A DNA stretch of 64,000 nt, from assembly GCA_030704615.1 (NCBI GenBank), contig CM060731.1:87854001-87918000 (forward strand), in the 5' to 3' direction. The notes beneath the pieces were generated by a model. It was given only the letters and a program-made list of their open reading frames with translations, was not told where the DNA came from and did not search any database. The DNA comes from Takakia lepidozioides. Its lineage: Eukaryota > Plantae > Bryophyta. This document shows, one piece after another, positions 48,801-62,489 of the stretch; position 1 is the stretch's first letter; every line of letters starts with the position of its first letter. A program made the translations under genes and the position numbers.

Positions 48801-50299
48801 AGAGATTGCATCATTCTGTTGCTCAACTGCTCTGCCATTAAGGTTGAAAGCAGGCCTGGTGCCTTCTCCAATTCCATAGTTATTACAATTCTATACTCCA
48901 AATGGTTTCTATCTCCAGATCCTGACTACTTTACATTAACAGTTACTCCATTTCCTCACTCTGTCAAGCTGTACCAAGCATTACAAATCTATTACCCCCC
49001 CCCCGGTCTCTTTCTATACTTCAAAACACAAGCTCAACACACTCCTATTACCACCATACTTCAACTCTTGGCTCACTCTTACCTTCCAACATGGAAATAT
49101 AAACTCCTGCCCACACCTCCCACAGACCTGGCTTCCTATGACTTCATCACACTTCACCGTGCTTACTCATCTACCTACCCTATCCATACCCCACACTCTA
49201 CTGCCATTCACTCATCAACATGCAAGCCCACACTGCCCAAACCATATCAACGGTAAACACTTCGTTTCCCTTGGACTGCTTGCACCACAGCCTTCCCTTC
49301 ACTCTAGCCATCCCCTATCTGCAAAATTCACCACAAATTGGTCATACCCCAGGCACCTAGACCACCCCGTTAACTTTTCCAACCTGCTAAGTATATGGAT
49401 CCACAACCACAGACTATACCCATGCTACATAAGTCCTTCACAGGCTGCCCCCCCCTTCCATTTCCTTCAATATCCAACATCCCCCCTTCTGAACTATACA
49501 TCAAATATACTACCATTTAATACAGCACCCACCCTTCATCTCTCCTACATCTCCTACTAGCTTTCCCCTATCTCCCACGGTGCACTCCCAATCCCCATAA
49601 AACCCACTGACAAACGCCATGTATGTTCTAACCAATACTAGTCATAATAAATTTCCAGCGGACAACCGCACCTTCACTTCATATTCCACTATCATTGCCC
49701 AGACAAACTTTGCCCTTGTCTTCCCCCACACTTGCTCTCAATGGCCAGGCCATTGTTCCATTAATGTTCATCACTGCCAGCCCCCTTGCCATACCATTGC
49801 CACTAACCAAGTCAGTGTTGTAGCTCTACTCCACACCATCCCACAACTTGGTTACCACACAATCTGCCTGGCCCCCAGTAATTGTGCAGCCAATCTTAAT
49901 TTATGGGCTACTCCCACCACCCTTTCATTGAACGTTCTTGACTGCCCCAAGCCGCCAGCACTTTACTCCAAGCCCACGAATCCGCCAACCCGCCCCCATG
50001 CTACGTACTATACACTGGCCGCACATCGCCGTAAGTCTCACCACTGCAGCTACTTATCCTGGATCCCACAGACTCCATCAGCTCCCTGTTTTCCCCTCTA
50101 CTAGCCTCCTCCCACCTCTCTGCTCAATCTTAGACTATGCTATTCCACTCCCTCACGTAGCAGCCTCCCTGTGCCCTGCCTCTACACTGCTTATACCCAT
50201 GTCTGCTCCCCCAATTCTTTCTACGTCCCCCAAGGCTAGACCCAAGAGCAAGGCTTCCAAGAAGAAACTGTTTGGAGTAGTTCAGTCGGGCCCACCTCA

Positions 50300-52121
50300 A
50301 TGGCTCCTGAGCTCACCACCGCCAAGAACTCTACTATCACAGCAACCCACAATACTGCTACGGCACCACCTCGGCCACCCAATACCAACTCGACAAGTCA
50401 GAAACAACACACAGACCATCAAGTGGCTATTGCGATGGACGAGGTACCAGTGGCCTCCCCCAACATCATGCCTTCGGCGATCTCTACTTCAACCAGTCAG
50501 CGTCCCAAACGGTCCTCACGGGATGTCAACAGCACTGATACCCCAGCTCCTTCGAACTCGAAGAAGTCCAGAAATCAACACATTGAGGCTCCCGAGCAAG
50601 AAAACTATGGAAGTCAATAGCCACAAAACGCCCCTACATCTCTGGTATGGGTACCAGAACATGGAAATGTATGCATACGAGAACAACACCCCCTGGGTCA
50701 CCGAAACGCGCACTCTGGAGCAACTACTTCTACTGGGCATCCCCGCCTCCGAGTGCGGGGAGCTCATCCACTGTAAGAAAGCGTTCCCGAGTGTCCCATA
50801 GAGACTCTACCCCTCTACTCGGCCAGATGGCCTGGATGGTCAATTCCTTCACCTAACGCAATTACCCTAAGGTACGATCATCAACAAAGACACCGGTCTC
50901 CCAGCTAATCCTCACCATATCATGATTCGTTTTGATACTAATGTTGAATTGCACAAGGACTTGATCCATACCCGAGCGACTCAACGGTTCCTGGATATGA
51001 ACATCCATCTCAGTAATGTTCTGATCTTTGCCCCTTTCTATTTATTCTAAACCTGCTACACAGACTTGGTCAGGGCTCATCAAGGTCGAGCTTTTACACC
51101 CGGAGGTCGATGGGCTGGCTTTGCTCCACGGTGACGGGCCTTTCGTTCTCGAGATGGAGCCCGGGGTCAAGCTTCAAGGGAAAGTTGAAAAGGCATATGA
51201 CCTCCTTGCCTCCTCCGATCGGCTCTCCCTCTACTTTACCAAGGCACGGTGGGTACCCAACTCGCCATGCATTTTATTACGGAGATATTTGACCATGGCG
51301 ACCTTTTCAAGATCTTACACGTCTACAAGCCCAATCCCGAGACTACATTCAGTTTTCTCAACCTTGCCACAGAGGATACACGTACCCGCATCATGGACCT
51401 TGGAGTCAGGATCAATAACATACTCATCAAGCCTCAAGTAAGAATCCAAAAGAAGAACAGGTCCGGAGCCAAGATATCGGACAGGGAGGCCATTGCTGCG
51501 CGGGATGCCCTTACCATTGTCGTCAAAAACTTGAGTGCAATACACACGCAGGCAGATATCCAAAGCGAGCTACACAGTCTGATTGGCCAAAGTACCATCA
51601 CCAACTCGTACTTCAACAAGTTGCTCCTAACCAAAACAGTGAAGCACATCGGGATGATGCACATCACGTGCAATAATCCTACAATCTACACCAAATGGTG
51701 TGGCACGCCGAACGTCACCATGCATGGCAGGTTCCTCACCTTCTCTCCACACAGAAACAGTCTCCACGGCATCACACCACATGCACAGGAGCTGTTAGAC
51801 AAAATGTTAGTGGACAACATCAATCACGCCCTCCTGGATACTGTGGAGACTATTACTATCCAACCCACCCCAAAGCGAGCGGCTGGTCCCACAGACTGGA
51901 TGGTGGAAATCGATAAAAAACTTGTTGCACACTCAATTTCCATCAAGACCGGCCTTCGCGATGACATCGGCGCCATGGAGTCCCGCCTGTCCGAGTCCAT
52001 CATGAACAACTCGAATACCATACATATATGGTCTCTATGCATCAATCCATCACTGAAAACCTTGGGCACAATCTTGCCAATTTTTATCACCATGCAGACA
52101 TGGTGCTTGCGAAGCTACCCT
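50300..52121 (+). pseudogene. LINE ORF1-like protein (RRM-like folds), frameshifted
   Basis: WSGLIKVEL..LTIVVKNL..IGMMHITC..GRFLTFSPH; lies upstream of an APE domain on the same strand. Confidence 0.55.
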
Positions 52122-53260
52122 GGGAATGCTTGCGCGCGAGCCTAGCCAGGCTCACGCCACGTCAGCAAGGTTTCCTACATGCAGGACCTGATTCCGCGGA
52201 ACTGTAGGCGACTACCACGCCCCAGATTTGCCAACTTTATTTTCCGAGAGGTCTCATCCCTCATCCAAATCTTGGTCGGATGAGAAATCACGGGTGGTTT
52301 GTGGATGGTTTTTGTCCACGGCCATAGGATATTTCAGAGAGTACAATGTCATGTTGCGTAATGAAAACAAAGGAGAATGAGTTTGTTCTAACGAAGTTCC
52401 TTCCCCCCAATTCACATCCACTTTTCATTGATAGACGTTCTCCAGACAAACACCAGGAAATCCCTAAAGCGTCTTTGCGGTTTATGAAAAAACATGGTGC
52501 AGAACAAGTTGGCAAGACTTGCAATGCAAGACACGAAACGAAGAACAACAGGACCAGCAACCATACAAAATGCAAAAAACATCCTTAAAAAAAGATGCTT
52601 TCATTTCTCAAATCAAGGTTGCGTCAACGCAAGGTTGATTTGCATCACCCTCCCACAAAAAAATAAAAAAATAAAAAATAAAAAATAAAAATAAAAATCA
52701 TTTCTCAAATCAAGGTTGCGTAAACGCAAGGTTGATTTGCATCACCCCCCAGGGCAAAACAATCTTCAAAAAATGATGCTTTCATTTCTCAAATCAAGGT
52801 TGCGTCAACGCAAGGTTGATTTGCATCACCCCCTATGGAGAATAAAATAAAATAATATAATATGTCTGTCGGTGTATGTCACGTCATCAATCGTGTTCTG
52901 CGTGCCTCTACCATTTGTTGCATTCATTCCTCAAACTCATTTGTTCATTTGCGAACACATCAAGTCACATTCAAATGAACATTCTCGGAAATCAACCTCG
53001 TGTTAATACAAGGTTGATTTCGAGAACTTGAAATCAATCTTGTGTTAACACAAGGTTGATCTCTGCGGACGCCCTAAACCCTTAACCCATCTCACCTTCA
53101 GATGGTGAAATCCCACAATTATAGGTTCCACGGTTATAGGCCCACCATCTTTGTTATGACGTGGCACAACCTTGGGTGGGCTCACGCCACATCAGCACCA
53201 GCGCCACGTTAGCGCTGTGAGCGTACGCTCACACGCCAGGCTCACGCGGTAGCGTCGTTG
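52122..53260. mobile_element. Non-autonomous insertion with 11-bp direct-repeat flanks and internal palindromes
   Basis: GAAGCTACCCT at 52111-52121 and 53261-53271; weak terminal inverted similarity; repeated AAATCAA..TTGATTT hairpin units at 52610-53060. Confidence 0.55.
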
Positions 53261-53731
53261 GAAGCTACCCTAGTTGCCAGGGCCTACCTCCCCAAGCGAC
53301 TTATGCCACATACCACCGAATGGAGCTACTGTGCTGCTTCCGAGCAACCGCCCACCAGTTAAAACTTTCACCACGTGGGCGCTTGGGCTAAAGGAGATGC
53401 TACCCCGCCGAGCCCCACTGCAAAGCACCTCCATTACTATTGGGGTCCAGGAACAGATTGACGAAACTACCCCTGGCACCACCACCACCACCAACAACGT
53501 CTTGCCCGCTTGCTCCTACTCTCACTGAGTTCCCTCCAAATGGTGGGTCTGTATTTTCCATGAGCGATGAGAAGACCAGCCATGAGCCATGAGCAGAGTT
53601 TTCGAGCCTACACCGAAGCAAACCCGAAGCCAGATTCTAGGTTCGGAATAGGCTCGGGATATGAGCAAAACTGAAGGACCAAAGTTATATCTCTAAAGAT
53701 GACTAAATGTACGGTATTAGAAGGTACACCA

Positions 53732-54120
53732 CCTATACCCGTGCGGGCAAAACGGAAAATGGGCAGTCGGAAGTCTGTGCCGACTTCTCAAAAAAACAAA
53801 AAAAAAAAACTGAAAAATGGGCAACCGGAAGTTTGTGCCGACTTCAAAAAATAAAAATAAAAATAAAAATAATTGGAAATGGGCATCCGGAAGACTGTGC
53901 CGACTTCTCCAAAAAAGTAAAAATAAAAATAAAAATAAAAATAAAATAAAAATCCGGAAAATGGGCAGCCGGAAGTCTGTGCCAACTTCTCAAAAACAAA
54001 AAACAAAAAACGGAAAATAGGCTAAAAAAACGAAAAATGAGCCAAAAAAAATGGAAAATGGGCAGCCGGAAATGGAATCCCGGAAGTCTTCACATGGCCA
54101 GGTTGGACCACGGTTATAGA
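53732..54120. mobile_element. MITE-like element with internal tandem AAATGGGCAGCCGGAAGTCTGTGCCGACTTCT repeats
   Basis: Ends CCTATACCCGTG and CACGGTTATAGA; 4-5 internal units separated by A-rich linkers. Confidence 0.5.
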
Positions 54121-55688
54121 AGAAACACCTATTCCCGGGGTTGCCCCAACTCGTTTGCAAGAGCAAAGATGCTTTCTAAGTCGGCATCGACGCCCAAAAT
54201 ATGGGGAAATCCCGAACCTAGCTTTGCATCGGCGAACCTAACTTGATTGTCCTGTGATGAGGGGAAATCGTGCAAACAGCTTCACATGGTCGGAAACCCG
54301 AGAATATTCCAATAAATATGCAAAAAAATTATATTATGGGTTTTGCTCATGCTTTTTTGTGCTCACTGCGCACAGAAAAACAACCCCCCAAATGGTTTTG
54401 TCTAGACACCAAGGGTCACGACCCTCTAGCTCCCTCTCTGCTGATGTCAAAAAGCTCACTACTCTTTGTTTTCAGTCACTATGCTAATTGCCATGATATT
54501 TTTTGTGCTTCATAACATATCCTCACTATGGCCTTGCCATCTTGCCTCACCCGGGATCTTCCCCACTCACCATGGTTGCACTATCCCTCAGCTCGTCTCT
54601 CAATACTCACCTTGCACATCTGATAAACCGAAATCATACACTCATCTAGCCTCACGTAATCAATCAAGCTCCCACACCCACGTAGGGTGCCACTCGCACT
54701 GCTCAACGAGACTGCAGACTCCACCCCGCCAGCCTGCGCGGGCCTCACTTGTGCGCGACTCGCACGACGCCGCCCGGCAGCATGCAGGCTCCCAGCCAAC
54801 CACTGTCCAATCCTTGATACCTAATGGCTCTGACCCGCTTATACCATACCTATACGCGACACCTGGCCGCCCTTACCCCGGATCTCAAACAATGAATCAG
54901 GGTTTTCCAATATACCCATACCACTAATACACAGCCACCTAATTTCCTCTGCTACATACCCAATATATAATTTGCAGGATATTTACCCAACGCAAACACT
55001 ATCATTACATCCCACCCCCTTTGCCTTCATCCATCATCATAGCTCCAGGTGCACCAAAACTCTATCACCTACTTTCATTCACCAAAACATTAAATTATCC
55101 ACCCCTATACTATACAACTATCATATTACCATTCTACCCAATCCTCCCTCAAACCTCCCTACTTACAGCTATGCCGCACCCAAAATTTCTACCTGCTTCA
55201 CTCTAACCTCTCCAAATTCTAACTATTTCAAGGGCACCATACCAAATGTTCACATAAAAAACTTATATGCGTCCCCCCAGGATATACCGGATATCCTCTA
55301 CTACCACCACCGCCTTATCAAAATATCCCTAGCCCACCCAATATTCTATAACTACCACACTGTCATTCTACCCACTATCGACTATACCATACTACTACTC
55401 ACTTGTAGCTATACCACACCCAAAGTCTCTATATCTGCCAATCTACCCAACTATAACTCCCATACCACCTATACCCTAACCCCACCACAATTCAAACATA
55501 ATATGGTTACCATACCAATCACCCCCTTAATTTCTACTTATACCAATCTACCCAGCTATAACCCCCGCAACAACAATATCCTAACCCCGCCAAATTCTAA
55601 ATATACCATGGCTGGCATATCAAGCACTACCTAAGTAAAATACTTACATACTACCCCGCCATATGTACATTATCCCATCCACCAACTC

Positions 55689-57480
55689 ATGAGATTAACC
55701 CCAGCCTCCCTTGTTCATACATATCGCCACCTATATGACCACTTCGCCCCCTTCCTCCCCACACTGGCCACCGATAACCAACTCCCCAAACAGACTGCCA
55801 GGCACTCCTTCTCCACCTTCGGACTGCCCACCCACCCTCACCCAGCACTCTCCAAGGCTATTATAAAACTCCATACCTACCCAGCACAGCGCCTCCTCTT
55901 CTCCCTCATCGTCACCATCTCCCCACTACCCAAAGAATGTGACACCTACTTAGCCACACAGTCCGACTCTCAAATCATCTCCACTTTACAGGATTTACAA
56001 TCTCTTCCCCCACATCCTAACAACTATTTAGCCCCACCGCACTGCTTAGCAGACCTACTCACCTCGCTCAATCTGCTACAATCACACCCAGGTGTTCTAT
56101 ACAAGAAGTTGGTGACCACCTCGCTACCCTCACGGCCGCCACGCACCAAGACCACCAAGACATCCGATAAATTTCCCTTTCTCTCTGGAAAGATTCTCCT
56201 GGCTACCCTTAACACCGTTACCCCCCTTCCTGCTTACCAACCCTCACGTGCTCCTATACCAACGTTACCTTCTCCACCCCCAACCCAACCTCAATCTCCC
56301 ACACCGGACTCCTCACCTAGTTATCCCCCTAACCCCCCTGACATATGCTCACACACTCTTACCATCACTACCTGGAACGTCGGCTCCCTAGCCTCAAGCA
56401 TCCAAAGTTTACTTCACCTCCTCACAGACTCCATGCCTCCCCATGTTATTCTATTACAAGAAACCAAAGTGCACACCAACAACTCCAACAGTTCTTACAT
56501 CAACAAACTCCTGGCAGACTACTACCTCATGTACGGCACCCCACTAACTGTACCACAATGCCTAAAACATCGGTCCGCCCCATAACACACTATCTCTAAC
56601 GCTGTCTCCCACCCTGAACATCAACACTTCCACTGTATACTAGCCGGTGACTTCAACCGAGACAGCTCCCTACTTGGACACACATTCAATGGCCTACACA
56701 AAGTTCAAACCCCCAACCTCACTCAACCACGATTGGGCTAAATTCATACAACAACATCAATTCTCCTACATCCCAACAGACCACCACTCCTCACGACAGG
56801 GTGGGCTCCACTATCATCTTTAAGCCTTAATTGACGGCTTTTACCTCAGGACACGCAACCAAATCCCTACGTACCTCATGAGCCACATCCACACTAACAG
56901 CTTATGTAACTCTGATCACTTCCCAGTATCCATCTCCCTTCCCTCATCCCTCATTCCCATCCGGCCGATCCCACTAGTCCCATCCCCCACCCCTCTTCCC
57001 CAAATCCTCTCCCTGCTTCCACAACGCAACATTGTTGCATTCCAAAATCACTTCCAGCCAACTGCCTCAATCCTCACGCTTAAACTCTCGCACATCCTTT
57101 CTGACACTAACCTATCGCACTCTCTCGAGGCCACTTGGTATGATGCTAAGCGCATACTATCATCCTTGGTACAAGAAATGCCAAAAAGTGTCACAGCCAC
57201 AGGTTCTGCCCCCCACTGACATCCCTCAAACCACCCGTTCCAAACAAAATGGAGGGTACCTTACCAGATCACAAAAGCATGCTTGGAACTCCCACCTCAA
57301 CATTTACCACACCATTCGTCGGGCCCCCACTATCGTACCCCACTTGTCACTACCCTCACTTTATAGTAACTGGAGGTCTGATCCCTGCATCACCAGCCTA
57401 AACACCCTCTCTGCCTGCCATGCCCTCATGCCCCCCCTGCAGACCCTGCCACCATCCCCACTTGGATTGCTGCCCTATCC
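55689..57480 (+). pseudogene. LINE ORF2 N-terminus: APE endonuclease; RT absent
   Basis: LTITTWNVGSL, VILLQETK, ILAGDFNRD, SLIDGFY, SDHFPV in order. Confidence 0.85.
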
Positions 57481-57699
57481 AAACTGGGCAGAGAATCCAA
57501 AAAAGCAGCCACTACAAGAAAAGGGGGGGGGGAGGCGACGCCGCAACCCGCTGGCTGGAGGCTTGGCACCTCCCGGGAGTGTTCATGTCAAATCCCCACC
57601 CTGTCTGGGGCCGCCCACGTACCGCCCGCCCCATCTCCGCACCCCCCTCCCCCCCCCCCCAACCAACTTCCGCACCTCCCTCTCACTGCTCCCGTTTAG

Positions 57700-59380
57700 C
57701 TCCCCTTGGAAGCTGCGCTGTTCGCGCCCCTCTACGCCCCTGTTTCCGCTCCCCACTCTCTGCTCCTTTATGTCTCTGCTCCCCGCTCCCCTGTTGTCTC
57801 TGCTCCCCTGTTTCCATTCCCCGGTGTTTTTGCTCCCACATTGCGCTCCCCGGTCCCTCCGCTCCCCTATTTGCGCTCCCTTGTTGTGCTCCTTTGTTTC
57901 ACTCCCCTGCCCAATGCCTCTGCTCCCCGTTGCGCTGCACCCCGCACTCTTTGTTCCTTTGTTTTGCTCCCCGTTCCCCTGTTAGGCCCCTACCCCGTTG
58001 CTCTCCGTTCCCATCATTCACTCCCCCATGTCTCTGGTCCCCTGTCTTCGCTCCCCCGTGGCGTTCTTCGCTCCCCTATTGTGCTCCCCCATATCTCTGT
58101 TCCCATGTTTCGCTCCCCTCGCGGCCCTCTCCGCTCTCCTGCTTGTGCTCCCCTGTTTTGCTCCCCCCGCGGCCCTCTCTGCTCCCCTGCTTGAGCTCCC
58201 CCGTGTATGTGTTCCCCTGTCCCACCCCCCCCCCCCCCCCCCTCGGCGCTCTCCACTTCCCTCTGTTTCGCTCCCCTGTTGCACTCCCCCGTGTCTCTGC
58301 TCCCTTGCTTGAGCTCCCCCGTGTCTCTGCTCTGCTCTGCTCCCCTGCTTTGTCTTGTTAGATGTGATTGACATTGGCAACTCTCGTGCTCCCGTGTTTC
58401 CGCTACATCGGGCCGTTGTGGTCTGGTCTATGCTCCCCTGTCCTTTGAGTCCCCGACAGGACGTGCCCGTTCGTGCAAACAGTCACATTTAGTATCTGGC
58501 GGCGTCAGTCGACATGCGTCGCATTTCGCACGTCATCCTCTGTTCATGCTCCTCCGCCCACTTATCAATCGCTCCCATGTTGTCGTGTGCCATCTCGCCC
58601 CCCCCTGCTTTTCTTTGCTTGCTCTCATGTTTTCTCCCGTGCACCTCACTTTTCTGCTTGCTCCTTGCTTTGCTCCTCTGTCTGCGACTCTACTTGCTCC
58701 TCGCGGAGCTCTTCTGTTTGCTCTGATTGCTCCTCGCTTTTCTCTTCTGTTTGCTCCTCTACTCCTTCTTTCAACATGGCCCGATCCAAGATGCAAGCTT
58801 CGAAGAGTGGCGCCTTGGAGCATACACCTCCAGTCCTGGGAATGAGAATATATTTGCACGTCAAAAAAAGGAGAACATAACCCATATTGGTATGATCCGG
58901 ATGAGTATGATGAGATGATTGCGGAGGTTGCACCGGAACTGAGGGCAGTTGGTAAGGGCAGTGGAACAACGCGCGATCCTTATATCTGCAAATTTTGTGG
59001 TTGCATTAAAAGGGACTAGATGCGGTTGAAACCACATTTAGTTGACGGGGAGGGTTGCCCACTTGCACCAGAGTGCCTCATGTGCCCCCCTGTATTCGTG
59101 CTCTGTTACGTTCTGTTCCGCTTGCCTGTTGCCCCTGTGGCCCCCTATTTCGCTCCCTTCTGCCTTCTCTGCAATGTTGTTCTGCTCCCCTGTTACTCCT
59201 GTGCTCCCCTGCTTGGTGGTCTATGCTCCCCTATCTTGGCCGTCGGTGCAAGCCTACCCTGGTCCCTGTTGCTCATTTGGTCTCCTGTTTCGCTAAACCC
59301 TCTGCCTCTTGTGCTCCCCTGTGTTCGTCATCTGTCTTATGTTTGCTCCTCTCCCCTTCCCTGTTGTGCTCCCCTGTTTA
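57700..59380. repeat. Low-complexity (TGCTCCCC)-type degenerate repeats
   Basis: GCTCCCC/CTCCCCTGT recur densely at 57700-58450 and 59080-59380. Confidence 0.8.
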
Positions 59381-59797
59381 CTCATTTGAAGGTCGGACAT
59401 GTGTAGATTAAAAGAAAAAATTCAGAAGGTGTTGGATACGAAAAGCAAGACAACCATTCACTTCTTCGGGCTGGACAGTCATATGAGATGCAGTCTTGGG
59501 GATTGGGACTGGGAAGCCATGGGAGCGTGTCATGGCTTCTCCTCCGAGATGGTGATGGCGTACTGCCGGTTCGTGGAATTCACTAATGCGGAACACGAGA
59601 TGATTGATAACTGCCTCATTGTTTCCCAGGTGGGCTTTTTGGGCAGGGATCTACCCACATGTAGAAGGGATCCTGAAGAAGGACCCAAAAGTGCTCGAGA
59701 TGTTACAGCATGGAGTACAGGACCACATCATACGGGCCATCACAGAAGCCAACAAAGATCTAGATAAACTGACATACATCATGCCGTTGTGTTCTAG
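58776..59797 (+). pseudogene. Possible Ulp1/C48-protease-like transposon accessory gene fragment
   Basis: MARSKMQASKSG start; later SEMVMAYCRF..DLDKLTYIMPLCS followed by a GTAAG donor; the catalytic exon is not present. Confidence 0.4.
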
Positions 59798-59845
59798 GTA
59801 AGCCCAATGTATTTATGTACATTTGTCAATTCTATCTCCGCGCAT

Positions 59846-61110
59846 CACTACTACAGTGTTTTGGGGGGGGGGGTTAGCGACACCCCGGCAACAGCCCCAC
59901 GACGTTATTTCCGAAAAAAACTACTCTACCGCACAGGGGCGCGCCGGGGAGAACGTGCAACATCGCTCCCAAAATGACGCAATTTAGCAATGTTGGGGGG
60001 TCGTAATGTCCCCCCCCCGATCTGACCTGCGACGCCATTGCATTGCAATCCATAGTGACTCAAGACCAGGTCAGCGTCGTTACATTGCGACGCCGGGGGG
60101 TCGGCCACCCCTTGTGTCCCCGCTGCGACCTCAGGATGTTGCAGCGGCGATGCCGTGGCGTCACTGCGGGGTCGCTGCATGGGGTATCGCGGCCATGCAG
60201 CGGGCGACATAGCAGACGACGTAGCGGGCAACGCCTCGGGTCGGCAAAGCATCGTTGTGCCCGCCAGTTGCGACCCCCAGGGGTCGCAGCGGCGTCGCAG
60301 TGATCCATGGGGCGTCGCAAGGGCTGGTGGGGCAAAAGGCCGGTCGCGCTAGGGTGGCCTGGGATTTGGGGTAGGGTTTTTTATTTTTTATTTTATGTTT
60401 TGGATCATTTGTTCTCCTCTTTCATTTGGTGCCGGGGTTGTTGATGCTTGCAATGTGTACTCTAATCTACATATCCCATCAGTACACATTTGCAACATCC
60501 ACACGTCAAGGATATGAATGAGATGACAAGCGAAAAAATATATATATAACTGAAGTACTTGAAGTAGCTGAAGTGAATCTGCATCTATGTCTCCAACATC
60601 CCATCGTCCCTCACAAGTCATCGGGCTTCACTCATCCAAGGACTCATCCGAGGACTGCGAGCTACCCTCCAATTTGGAGGATGATGACCCTGAGTCTGCC
60701 AGGTTATCATCCTCCGCAAAACCCCCTAATCGTGCGTCTTTCCCACCCCACGGACCCACTGAATTATTTATCCCCATGCTCCCCCCTACAGATGCACTAT
60801 CCCCGGTTATCAGTGTCCGTCCGTCAGCGTCACGTCATGTCAGACCTGACGCTGACGGGACCTCCGTCACGTCAGGTTCGGGGAATATTCTGGTAAAAAT
60901 AGTACCAGGTAAAATACTGCCACTTAAGCAGCCACGTCGCCGACACGGTGGCGGTGGCAAATACATTTTGAAAATTAACAAAATGAACGCGACCGCCAAT
61001 TATGGCGGTCGCTTTGTTTTTCAAAATTAAAAAAGAAATAGCGACCGCCGTATTGGCGGTCGCTTCAATTTATATATTTTTTAAAGCAAGATTGGCGGTC
61101 GCACTGGCAA
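59846..61110 (+). mobile_element. CACTA (En/Spm) left end with subterminal GCGAC/GTCGC repeats
   Basis: CACTACTACAG at 59846, then many direct/inverted GCGAC motifs; GCGACCGCC..GGCGGTCGC hairpins at ~60990-61105; no matching TAGTG end seen. Confidence 0.6.
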
Positions 61111-61449
61111 TCGCTTTATTTGCTGATGGAGCATTTTGACCTGGTAGCCTTGTCTCATGCAGCGCAGCATGTGAATCTTACCCTGTCTTGAATCGTTGAC
61201 AACTTTGCTTGTGGGTTTTTAGACTAGGGACTTTTTTGGCCTTAAAAGAGGATTGATGGTGTAAGGATAAAGGGATCAGTGTCTGTTAGGCTCTAAGGAA
61301 GAGGAGGCCTGGTTTTTGAAAAAGAAGAGAGCCTGATATGGCAATGACAGGCCGTTTTCAGACCTGGATTTGATGTGGAATGGAGCATAGTGAGGTTCTA
61401 TTTGCAAAACATGGCATTAGCCTCCTGGGAAACAGTGATGGTAAGCTCT

Positions 61450-62400
61450 AAAGAACTCTGGCCAGTGATTAGTTACCTTATTTTGCCCTCTGAACAGCCA
61501 CCTGCATTGTATAATTTATCTTGGCCAACTGGGCTTGATCTTGGGCACTCAAATTGTATGTGTGTCCATATCTGGATGATGTGACAGGGCAGGCCTTTCT
61601 TCCATGCCAAATTGCCTTACTTGATGCATATCTTGGGGCAACTGTACATGATGAAGAATGAAGTCGCAGTCAGTCTTGTCATGCCCAAAGTGATCACTTG
61701 GTTGCATGTTCGGAGTCTGATTAACTGCAGGCTGGTCCAGCAAGATTCCTGTGTACACAGGTCCTGAATCTGTACAATGACAGGCTGTTCTTACCTACCC
61801 AGAAGGCCTTGCACGATGCACGCCTTGGGGTACTTACATTTGGCCAAATGTGAAGCTGCAATATGGTTTGCCATGCCCAAGAAGTCTACTTGGTGGCATG
61901 CCCGAAGTGTAATTAATTGCAGGCTGGTCCTTCCAGTTGCCTGTGTGTACATTCCCTGAATGTGTTGTAGGACAGGTTGTTCTTACCTACCTTGCATAAT
62001 GCTTGTCTTGGATCACTTCAAGGTACCTGTGTATACATATCTTGGATCTGTAATGTGGCAAGAAGTTCTTATATGCCCATGATATCTTGCATGGTGCATA
62101 TCTTATGGATAACTATGGATGATATAATCTGAGGCTACAATCTGACTTATATTGTGCAAGAGGGTCACTTGGGTACATGACAGGAATCTGATTATGAATA
62201 TACCCCGCCCTCCCGGTCCTTCAAGGTGCTTGTATGAACATACCTTGAATCTGTAGCAGGGCAGGCTGTTCTTACCTACCCAAGGAGCCTTGCATGGTGC
62301 ATGTCTTGGGTTACTTACAGGAATTTGAACATGCTGCAGCAATCTGATTTTTCAGTACACAAGATGCTTGCTTATATGCTTGTCTTGTTGTCATGACATG
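61450..62400. repeat. Degenerate tandem repeat (CAGGCTGTTCTTACCTACC / CTGAATCTGTA units)
   Basis: Motifs recur at ~61780, ~61975 and ~62265. Confidence 0.55.
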
Positions 62401-62489
62401 TACATAAACAAACCCCGCCCTCCCACCCTGTTTTATCATGAATGATTGGGTGAAATCAATTGGGAAGTCATGACAAGAATGGAAGTGTT

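Noticed and set aside
57032-58380. Long Pro/Leu/Cys-rich ORFs
   Set aside because: Low-complexity GCTCCCC repeats that lack stop codons
58776-58880. Histone H3 gene
   Set aside because: Similarity is limited to about 12 residues and no histone fold follows
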